Shown in pieces: positions 27,163 to 35,482 of a stretch of DNA of 64,000 bases. The DNA lies in contig CAVYNY010000032.1 in assembly GCA_963769935.1 (NCBI GenBank), positions 1-64,000 of the forward strand. Direction: 5' to 3'. The first letter of the stretch is position 1; each line of letters opens with the position of its first letter. The DNA is from an uncultured delta proteobacterium (GTDB lineage Bacteria > Desulfobacterota > Desulfobacteria > Desulfobacterales > JAFDCJ01). The notes beneath the pieces are model-generated. The model ran no database searches, was not told the DNA's origin, and saw only the letters and a list, made by a program, of their open reading frames with translations. Position numbers and translations under genes: made by a program.

Positions 27163-30147
27163 TTACCGCTCCGATAACCATGCCAGGTCCCTCTCGGTAG
27201 TTGCAATTTGAATGGGTTTGCCTGCGGCATCGGCTATCTTTGTAGCCGTGAGCCATATGTCCAACACCCGGCCGTCCTTTGTTTTACGCTTGGTTTTGAA
27301 GGACTTAATCTCTTTGCCGGCGCTTATCATTTTAATCAGCTCCAGGGTCTGTTGCTGCTTTTCCGGCGGGATGATATCGCGGATATTCATTTTCAAGGCT
27401 TCCGCCTGGCTGTAACCGTACATCCTTTCCGCCCCCTTGTTCCAAGCAAGGATGTTGCCGTCAAGGTCCTGGAGCGTTACGGCGTCATTTGAATCCTTGA
27501 TCACGGCTGCCAACCGAAGCTCTGCTGCCAATCGATGCTCGCGTTCCTCCAGTTCTTTTTCTTTTGTGACATCTGCAAATGTGATGACAACACCGTCAAT
27601 CACATTTTCAATTGTTCGGTAGGGGGCAACTCGCATTCTAAAATAGGAACCGTCGCTGGTTTGCACTTCCCTTTCCCTGAATACAAGGTCTTTTAATACC
27701 GCCCGCGCAACTTCAGAAATATCTGCATCCTCCAATTTGGTTGCAATATCGCCGATGGGCCGGCCGATATCCACCCGGATAAGGTTGACAACCCGGGTCG
27801 CATGGGAGGTGAAGCGTTTGATGCCCAGGTCATTGTTCAAAAAGATCGTGGGAACTTCGATGGCGTCAATCAGGTTCTTGAGGTCATTGTTGGCTTCGCT
27901 CAGTCCCTCAATTTTGCCCTGTAGTTCGGAGTTTACCGTAGTCAACTCCTCATTCATGGATTGCTGTTCCTCTTTGGATGTCTCTAGTTCCTCATTGGTG
28001 CTTTGAAGTTCCTCATTGGTGGACTGCAGCTCCTCATTGGTCGATTTGAGCTCTTCGTTGGAGGTTTCCAATTCCTCAATCGTTGTATGAAGATTTTCTT
28101 TGGCAAATTGTAATTCCCTCTCCAAAGTTTTGGTCCGCTCGTCTCCCTGTGTCGTTTGAAGCCCTTTCTTCTCGACAGGTTTTCCCTTTGCGACCGGTGT
28201 AACATCTTCGAATACAACCATCATCAGGCCTGATGGGGCCTTGGCATCCGACACCGGCCTTATGATTAAATCGATCATCCGGGTGCTGCCGTTGCCTTTA
28301 ACCGCTATCCCCTTATAAATAACTTCTTTTTTCCGGGTGGCCGCTTTATGAATTGCAGACGGCAGCTCAAGTTTCAGCTCTTCTCTGGCCATTCGATAAA
28401 TGCTCAATCTTGCCTCCCCCGGGGCGGGTTCGAGGTACCTGCCGGTTCGACCGTGGAAGTACAGGATCTCGCCCTTACCGTCTATAATCACACTGGGAGG
28501 TGCATAGAGTTCCGCCAGACTTTTTTCAGCCAGTTGCGCCACATCGATCTCTTTGGGCTTCCCTGGTTCCACCTCGTAAACTCTTTCCAGCGACGGTGTA
28601 TCAGAAAATGCGAACGCCGCGTGGGCTGAAGGGCCTGATCCTTTGCGCCGGAATATCTTCCATTTTTTGTCAATCGCGGTGAAGAGATCCGTGAGCCCGC
28701 CAGTGGTTTCGGAGGTGCCGAGAAACAGAATCCCCGCCGGATTTAAGCTGTAGTGAAAGAGGGGCAGGAGTTTTTTCTGAAGTTCAGCCTCAAAGTAAAT
28801 CAGCAAATTCCGGCAGCAGATCAGATCGAGTTTGGTGAAGGGCGGATCTTTAATAATGTCCTGAGGCGCAAAAACCAGCATCTCCCGGATGTCTTTTTTG
28901 ATGCGGTACATATTGTCTTCCGGCATAAAAAACCGTTTTAGACGGTTCGGACTCACATCGGCTGAAATACTTGCGGGGTATGCGCCGGCCCGGGCCGTAT
29001 CAATGGTGCTCTTGTCAATATCTGTAGCGAAAATCTGGATCCCCACGTGTCGTTTGAGCTTTTCCGTGCACTCCCGCAGCAGAATCGCTATGGAATAAGC
29101 CTCTTCGCCGCTGGAGCATCCGGGGACCCAGGCCCGGATCGTGTAATCATCGGATTTATCTTTAAGAAGCCGGGGCAATGCATGTTCCTCAAAGGCCTTG
29201 AAGGCCTCGGGGTCCCTGAAAAAGTTGGTGACCCCGATCAAAAGGTCCTTGAAAAGGCCCTCAACCTCAACCTTGTTTTCCTGGAGCAAGCGGACGTAGG
29301 TCGTTATTTTGTCTATCTGGTGAACCTGCATCCGCCGTTCAATGCGCCGGTGGATGGTATTTTTTTTGTAAGATGAAAAGTCATGTCCCGTGTGGGTTCT
29401 GAGCAGGATAAAGATCTTTTGCATCGCATCCGGAACTTCTCCTTCCGCTCTTATGAGTTTTGGGTCGACATTCCGGGTGGCGTATTTTGCATATGCGATC
29501 AATTGGGCGGGCATCTTTTCAGGGGGCAGGATGTAATCCACCAGATTGGTTTCAATGGCGCTTCTCGGCATACTGTCGTATTTGGCGGAATCCGGCGCCT
29601 GCACCATGGCCATCCCCAATCCCCCTTTGACGGACCTGAGTCCGAGGGTGCCGTCCGTCCCCATGCCGGACAGAATAATGCAAATAGCCTTCTCTCCCTG
29701 ATCCTGCGCCAAAGACCGGAAAAAGAAGTCAATGGGCAGCCTGGGACCGGCGGTCTTAAGGGGAGGGAAAAGCTGCAATATCCCGTTCAGAATGGCAAGG
29801 TCATAGTTGGGAGGAACGATGTATACGGCATTCGGCTGGACTTTGTCTCCGTCTTTTACCTGGGAGACATTCATTTTTGTGCTTTTTTGGATCAGTTCGG
29901 GCATCAGACTTACATGCGTGGGGTCCAGATGAGGCACCAGGATGAATCCCAGGCCGGAATCGCTGGACATATTCTGGAAAAATCTTTCGAAGGCTTCCAG
30001 TCCCCCTGCGGAGGCACCCATACCCACAATATGGAAATCACCGGTGTCTTTTGGCCCGGCAAGTGCCTTATTCTTTTTCTTCTTATCTTCCGCTTTCATT
30101 TTTGCATTGTTTTTGGTCTCGTCCGATTCATGCACAACCATATTCAA
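27163..30147 (-). CDS. CheB/CheR fusion with coiled coil and PAS domains; true start may be 30244 across a G8 frameshift
   Basis: GASAGGLEA, HLDP, LSGMGTDG (CheB); LLIGVTNFFRD, WVPGCSSGEEAYS, CRNLLIY (CheR); EELQSTNEEL repeats; PAS. Confidence 0.92.
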   Translation of the reverse strand: MNMVVHESDETKNNAKMKAEDKKKKNKALAGPKDTGDFHIVGMGASAGGLEAFERFFQNMSSDSGLGFILVPHLDPTHVSLMPELIQKSTKMNVSQVKDGDKVQPNAVYIVPPNYDLAILNGILQLFPPLKTAGPRLPIDFFFRSLAQDQGEKAICIILSGMGTDGTLGLRSVKGGLGMAMVQAPDSAKYDSMPRSAIETNLVDYILPPEKMPAQLIAYAKYATRNVDPKLIRAEGEVPDAMQKIFILLRTHTGHDFSSYKKNTIHRRIERRMQVHQIDKITTYVRLLQENKVEVEGLFKDLLIGVTNFFRDPEAFKAFEEHALPRLLKDKSDDYTIRAWVPGCSSGEEAYSIAILLRECTEKLKRHVGIQIFATDIDKSTIDTARAGAYPASISADVSPNRLKRFFMPEDNMYRIKKDIREMLVFAPQDIIKDPPFTKLDLICCRNLLIYFEAELQKKLLPLFHYSLNPAGILFLGTSETTGGLTDLFTAIDKKWKIFRRKGSGPSAHAAFAFSDTPSLERVYEVEPGKPKEIDVAQLAEKSLAELYAPPSVIIDGKGEILYFHGRTGRYLEPAPGEARLSIYRMAREELKLELPSAIHKAATRKKEVIYKGIAVKGNGSTRMIDLIIRPVSDAKAPSGLMMVVFEDVTPVAKGKPVEKKGLQTTQGDERTKTLERELQFAKENLHTTIEELETSNEELKSTNEELQSTNEELQSTNEELETSKEEQQSMNEELTTVNSELQGKIEGLSEANNDLKNLIDAIEVPTIFLNNDLGIKRFTSHATRVVNLIRVDIGRPIGDIATKLEDADISEVARAVLKDLVFREREVQTSDGSYFRMRVAPYRTIENVIDGVVITFADVTKEKELEEREHRLAAELRLAAVIKDSNDAVTLQDLDGNILAWNKGAERMYGYSQAEALKMNIRDIIPPEKQQQTLELIKMISAGKEIKSFKTKRKTKDGRVLDIWLTATKIADAAGKPIQIATTERDLAWLSER

Positions 30148-30272
30148 ACCTTCTCCTGGCTGCCCCCCCCTTGGAGCCTTGGATTTTTCTTTTTGCCGCC
30201 ATGTCGATGATGTGGGCTTTGGTGAGGGTGTCGCTCCCGGGCATGTTGGGATCTCCTTATAATGGAGGCTTT

Positions 30273-30301
30273 AGATTAACGGTAAGATTTCGATATGTCA
30301 A
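30273..30301 (-). promoter_or_regulatory. sigma70-type promoter
   Basis: Minus strand TTGACA-17 nt-TAATCT, followed by AAGGAG RBS and ATG at 30244. Confidence 0.6.
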
Positions 30302-30389
30302 TTAAAAATAGCTACCCTGTGATATTCACGCCCTGACATTTGCAGTTGCTCTGTTTACACTCGATCAAAAGTTTTATCAGACGCTTCAC

Positions 30390-30420
30390 TACCCAATACG
30401 AATTGCTGAGATGTTTCCTA
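30390..30420. repeat. 31-bp exact direct repeat of 5833-5863
   Basis: TACCCAATACGAATTGCTGAGATGTTTCCTA at both positions. Confidence 0.85.
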
Positions 30421-30497
30421 AGACTTCCCTGATGAGGCTTGATTTTGATTTGTCATTGAATATTTTTATATAAGCGACTGCCATTATGTCTACTTAA

Positions 30498-31502
30498 TTA
30501 GGGCCTTCTCTGCAATTCCACACTCAATAGGGAGATGTCGTCCTTGGGCACCGCATTATTGCCGAAGATCAAAAGTGATTCGAAAACCGCTGCCACCAGT
30601 CTGGCGACTGTCTGGTCCTTTAGTTCCTTCAGCCGGCTGTAAAATCGCTCATTGCCGTAAAACAGACCCTGTGCATTCTGATACTCATACACACCATCGG
30701 TATAAAAGATTAATTTGTCGCCTGCCAGGAGCTGCTCGTTTTCCTCTTCGTATATAATCGGTTCCTCATCGGACAGCCTCAGATCGATAGTCCCGAGCGG
30801 CCGGCCGCCTTTTCTCAAAAGCTTCAGGGTTCCGTTTTTGCGCAAAAGGATCGGCGGCGGGTGCCCGGCGCTGCTGGATGTCAACCTGCCGGTTTTAGCA
30901 TTTACAATGACATAGTTCATGGTAAAGAAATTGTTGAACCGGTCAAAGGTAAACTCCCGGTCAAGGAATTCGAGTACCTGCGCCGGTTTTCTTACGCGCT
31001 GCGCCTTAAGCGAATCCCGCGGCATCATCATCGTATGGCCGCTCTGGGGCTGTAAATATTGAAAGACGGAAACCGCCACCATCGCAGCCGGAACGCCGTG
31101 GCCGGCAACATCGATGATGTAAATGGCCCAATGTTCATTGTCCAACTGAGTGAGGTTGAATATATCGCCCCCGATTTTTTCGCAGGGTTTAAATTCCCAG
31201 GCTACCTTCAAACCTTCCAGGGAAGATGCTCTTCTGGGCAGGAGACTTCGCTGAATATTGGCGGCCGCCGACAGATCCTGATCGATGCGCTGTTGTTTGA
31301 GCATCAATTCGCGGTTCAGGGTTTTGAGCTTTTTTTCGAGGGCCGAATATTTGAAGATCAATTCGTGCAGGAGCCGGTTGTTGATCCGGCTGTCATTGAG
31401 CCGGGCGCGGCACTCCAGAAGCTGCCGGATCAGGGACAACCGCTGCATATCCGCGGGGCTGATCGGCTGGGGGGCATCCAGTAGGACGTCTTCGTATTTC
31501 AT
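30498..31502 (-). CDS. PP2C/SpoIIE (RsbU-like) serine phosphatase
   Basis: AANIQRSLLP, IGGDIF, IDVAGHGVPAA, SAGHPPP, FYTDGV, DDISLL. Confidence 0.92.
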   Translation of the reverse strand: MKYEDVLLDAPQPISPADMQRLSLIRQLLECRARLNDSRINNRLLHELIFKYSALEKKLKTLNRELMLKQQRIDQDLSAAANIQRSLLPRRASSLEGLKVAWEFKPCEKIGGDIFNLTQLDNEHWAIYIIDVAGHGVPAAMVAVSVFQYLQPQSGHTMMMPRDSLKAQRVRKPAQVLEFLDREFTFDRFNNFFTMNYVIVNAKTGRLTSSSAGHPPPILLRKNGTLKLLRKGGRPLGTIDLRLSDEEPIIYEEENEQLLAGDKLIFYTDGVYEYQNAQGLFYGNERFYSRLKELKDQTVARLVAAVFESLLIFGNNAVPKDDISLLSVELQRRP

Positions 31503-32368
31503 CAGCTGCCCGGGCTTTCAGCAAAACGGCTAAAATCCGGTTTGAAGTCCGCATCGAGGATCTCATCGATACCGACGTTTTCCAAAGACGCCAGGAGTCC
31601 GGCTACATGCCTGATGGTGTGCTTATCTTTGATAATACTGCCGTGTTGCGGTGCGATAATTTCGCAGGGAATCCGGGAAATTTTTTCAAGTGCATAGCGC
31701 AGGGCCCGGGTTGAAGTCATGATCTTATTGTGAAAATGAAGTATCCCTAAAACCGGGCAATCCGGCAGATTCCGGACACAGGAATCATCGTCCCGGCAAT
31801 GCAGACAGGCATCCGTCAATTGCAGGTACAATTCCCAATCCTTGCCGTAGCTGCCGAAAAGGTCGCTGGTAAAAAGGACCCTGGTCCTGGTATCGAAGGA
31901 TACGAAGCTGCCGGCCGCATGGGAGTAGGGGGTTTTGGTGAACTGAATTTTGCGGCCCGATGAAAACGTATACTCAAATTGCAGCTTGCTGAGCGCAACC
32001 AGGCGGGATGCCGTGGAATAGTGCCGGATAAACATCAGATTTTCAGAGGCCGATATGATTTTTAAATCCTGCCGGCCGATAATGTCTTCGAAATTGGGAA
32101 TACTTCCGCAGAGGTCGGGATCATAATGCTGGTACACCAGCGCCTGTATTTGTTGGGGAGCAATGCCGGTCTGCAGGATCTTCATCATAACGGTCGCAAA
32201 ATCGGGACGGCTCCCGCCGTCGATGACCACGGCTTCATCACCGTCGACAATCAGATACGGGTTGCAATGCAGCCCCGACGGAGCGTCGTAAAATCCCACC
32301 CAATAAATTCCCTCGGCAATTTCAACTGAACTTTCATAATCCTGCGCAGCGGATTCCGGTTTGACCAT
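31502..32368 (-). CDS. MBL-fold protein, ODP (oxygen-binding di-iron protein)/FprA-N type
   Basis: LHCNPYLIVDGDEAVVIDGG, QHYDPDLC, H..GSF, LFTSDLFG, IAPQHG; no flavodoxin domain. Confidence 0.8.
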   Translation of the reverse strand: MVKPESAAQDYESSVEIAEGIYWVGFYDAPSGLHCNPYLIVDGDEAVVIDGGSRPDFATVMMKILQTGIAPQQIQALVYQHYDPDLCGSIPNFEDIIGRQDLKIISASENLMFIRHYSTASRLVALSKLQFEYTFSSGRKIQFTKTPYSHAAGSFVSFDTRTRVLFTSDLFGSYGKDWELYLQLTDACLHCRDDDSCVRNLPDCPVLGILHFHNKIMTSTRALRYALEKISRIPCEIIAPQHGSIIKDKHTIRHVAGLLASLENVGIDEILDADFKPDFSRFAESPGS

Positions 32369-32557
32369 TCGTACGATCCCTTTTTATTGTCGAGATAAAA
32401 ACGTGTATGAGAATTAATCCTAATACATACGGGGATTGGTGACAAGCTGTTTGTTGCGGCAGGGTAATCGATCCTTCCGATTTGCTGCATAAAATCTTTG
32501 ACGACGTCCTCCAGAGTGCCGTAGATGAATGCCATGGGGTAGTGGAATAAATGAAAC

Positions 32558-32998
32558 CTACAGTTTCAAAAAGCCGTCCAGGGTCAGGCTGGTTGCCAGC
32601 ATCACGCTGTTAATATCCTGATGCGCGGTCCAGCTTTCAGCTTGTCCTGTATTGGGGATCAAGCCAGAATTTTTCGATTGCTTCGCCCAAACGGGCATAC
32701 CGTCGGAGGGCGCTGACCTGCGAATAGATGGCGTGAATATTAGCGAGCATCTTCGGATTTTCTTCAATCAAGCCCTCGATCCCATTCCAGACGGTCGTCG
32801 TATGTCTCATCGGACTTGCGTTCATTCATCTGCTTGCCGATTCGAAGTCCGCCGGTAAAGTTCAAGAAAGTTGCAAACGGCAAAAGCATCCGTCCAGAGA
32901 TATCGCCGCGGCGGCTTGGCAGCGGTTGCCAGGCCGGTTGCATCGGAGAATTCGGCCATGATCCCCTTAACAGTAGAAATGTCTGCCGGTTGGTTCAT
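32558..32998 (-). pseudogene. Internally deleted conserved hypothetical gene (RRYLWTDAFAVCNF ... HQDINSVMLATSL)
   Basis: N- and C-terminal motifs of a larger protein are joined across stops and frameshifts. Confidence 0.55.
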
Positions 32999-33088
32999 AT
33001 CAAATTAGATCCAGCATCGACCTCTTAGAAGCGACGGTCTTGCGTCTGCCTCTGTTAGATTGTTATGCGGATTTAGGCAACGTTAAAG

Positions 33089-34267
33089 CTAACACAGCTC
33101 ACCTTGGGCCTGGTCCTGCGTGTATTTCAAATCCGAAAGCAGCGACAACTCGGCTTTGGCAAGCTCCCGGCCCAAGTAGGCAGCATGGTCCAGCTGCGAA
33201 ATGAGCTTCTTCTCTATCAGGGTGGCACAAATACTCGCCGAATCCTTGCCCTCGATCATGTTCATGAGCCTTCCGTCGTTGCTGTAATGTTCAATCAGCA
33301 GCGGATGCTCTTTGCCTTTCATTACCATGATCACGAAATAGCCTGCCGGATCGAGTTTCAGTCGCTTCGCGGGTTTGGCCCTTTGAATCTCGAGCAAATC
33401 TACCTTCAGGCCGGCTTCGTATGGTTGAACCGCCTGTTTATCCAACAGCTCCAAGCGGCCGGCGAGTGTGGACCGGTCACTTTCGCCGATCAAGTCGACC
33501 GGCTGTATTTGCTTTCTGAAATGGCTGACTTCGCCTTCGGTAAGGTTTTTCAACACCGGCCTGGCGCCGCGGGCACCGATAATTCGCTTGGTTTTGTCAA
33601 AGCCGCTGCCGGATAGATTTAGAAGCGCATCACCCGGTAAATGTCCTTCGATGTCGCTGCCCCAGAGCACTAAATGGCGGAGGTGGGGGTTGGCGATGAC
33701 ATTCTTGACGAGATGCTCTACTCCGAGGTTCTCGGTGCTGATGGTCCCCAAGATTGCAATTTTAGAAGAAAGAATGCTTAATTCCGGTTCATCGAAGTGA
33801 ACCCCTTGCAGGAGAGCCACGGCAATCGATTTTGCAGCGTTAAATACGCGGTAGTCACCCGGCTGCGCGGGCCAGTTTTGGATGCTAAATTCATCCGGTC
33901 GGATGAGTTCCATCCTGCAAGGATCGATAGAATCTGCCTCAACTTCGTCAAGGCTGTCCATAACTTCATTGAATGTGTTGTATGCCGGAACCGGCAGACA
34001 CGGTTTGCACCCCATTCATCCGTGCATTTTCAGGAAATCAGCATCTTTGATCCAGCGCTCGAAATCATTTTCGATCTCCGCTAAACAGTGATCGGATTCG
34101 ATTTTTCGAAATCCCCTTATTTTTTCGTAAATGCTGTTTAGGACGTCTCCATAAAAGCATGAACATGTGCGGCACTTTTCGTGCTGCAGGATTTCCTTGA
34201 AGTCCGTGTGAATCCGCTTAAAAGCCGTGATTTTTTGCGCATGATGCGAGGATGCGGTATTTTTCAT
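33089..34267 (-). CDS. Candidate selenoprotein, 392 aa: Cys-rich N-domain (CxxCxC; U84-xx-C-xx-C) + MtrA-like domain + DUF4346-like domain
   Basis: ORFs 34016..34285 and 33089..34015 are in frame, separated only by TGA (GGA TGA ATG GGG TGC AAA CCG TGT). SECIS-like hairpin follows. MtrA-like TENLGVEHLVKNVIANPHLR..EGHLPGDAL; DUF4346-like LDPAGYFVI..ISQLDHAAYLGRELAKAE. GGAGG RBS before ATG at 34267. Confidence 0.75.
33979..34000 (-). promoter_or_regulatory. Putative bacterial SECIS hairpin
   Basis: mRNA UGU-C-UGCCG-GUUC-CGGCA-U-ACA starting 16 nt after the UGA; apical loop begins with G about 25 nt downstream. Confidence 0.6.
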
Positions 34268-34319
34268 CTTTTGCCTCCAGGGCATTAGGTCCGTCGCAGG
34301 ACCGGTGGTTTTTCCTAAT

Positions 34320-34448
34320 TCGTGCCTGAACGAAAAGTCTTCATTTGCGGCAGGTTGGGTTGAGCCCGAAAATCAGGCTCCTACGTCGATATGGATGCCC
34401 GAGGGCGAAACCCAACACAGCCGTTGGACGGGTTTTGTTCAACCACTA
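34320..34448. repeat. REP-containing MITE-like element; related inverted copy at 62245-62414
   Basis: Ends GTGCCTGAACGAAAAGTC ... TTTTGTTCAACCACTA; internal GGTTGGGTTGAG / GAAACCCAAC. Confidence 0.65.
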
Positions 34449-34471
34449 GTTAAGCTGTCACTGATTGCTTA

Positions 34472-34627
34472 GGGTTCACGAAAAAATTAATTCACAATTT
34501 TAGGCGTTGAGGCGCCCGGACGGCAAGGCGCGAAAACGCAGGAATATCTGGATATTCGGAGCCTTCGCAACGCAGCCGGGCGGGATGCATCGGCGTATAA
34601 AATGTGAAGTTATTTTTGAGTGAGCCC
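34472..34627. mobile_element. MITE with ~30-bp imperfect TIRs and TTA target duplication
   Basis: tta|GGGTTCACGAAAAAATTAATTCACAATTT ... AAAATGTGAAGTTATTTTTGAGTGAGCCC|tta. Confidence 0.75.
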
Positions 34628-35482
34628 TTAGATTAGCCGAATTGCGATGATATAAATTAAACATTTTTGCGCGACATGTCGAATGATCAGTGTAACGGCA
34701 TCAAGTATTGCATTGGGCTTAATAGACAGTTGCGGCGCAAATCATTAATTTCCAAATAAGTTGATTTGCTCAGCAAATTCATCTTTCCAGATGTTTCACC
34801 TCGTGCCGTCCGGGCTTTAACCTTCTGCCTCAATGCAGCCCAGGCTGCCGGGAAGAAGATTAGAGATTGTTATAATTTTACGGGATGTCAAAAATTATAC
34901 GTAAGATTTTATACATGACGGCATAATTATTGTGTATACATACAGCGTTTTTTTATTTGGCACGGTACGGTAATTTTAAAACAACTACAAAAAGTCGAAT
35001 ACTGCACTAATTATAACGTGTGTATAGCTGGTGAAACTAACATTCTTATCATGCTCCGGTCATCCTAGGGTTAAAGTCTAAAATTAATATCTAGGCTTGA
35101 GAACGCCGATTTTCCTTTAAACGAAGAAGCGGTACGAAAAAAGAAGTAAAAAGAGTAAATTCCAGCGTGAAAGAAAAACCAAATATGCCGCAATCGAATA
35201 CATGTTTCCGGAAAATTAAACCTGAACTTCTGTATTCCCGGAATACTGTCGCGATGCGGTGCAGGGCCGAAAGTGCACGAGCAAAAGAAATGCAGGTATT
35301 ATAGAAAGTCGAGCATCGGTATTAATATATGATTATATTGTGGCATTAAATGGACATTGCGACTGTGTAGATGCACAGAGAGAGGTAAGGCGGCAGCAAG
35401 ACCTGTAGGTGATTAACTGAAAACGGCAGGCCGTGTTTTAATTTACTATCACTGTCAAATCAGCCCGAACCGGCCGCCCACT

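Noticed and set aside
27960..28090. Tandem 21-nt repeats in cheBR
   Set aside because: They encode the ordinary EELQSTNEEL coiled coil of CheB/CheR fusions.
32637..32639. Another in-frame TGA (..PQYRTS*SWTAH..)
   Set aside because: No Cys-type context, no obvious SECIS, and it lies in an already broken pseudogene.
34650..35480. AT-rich stretch as a possible ncRNA or origin
   Set aside because: No recognisable structure, and it adjoins the low-quality segment.
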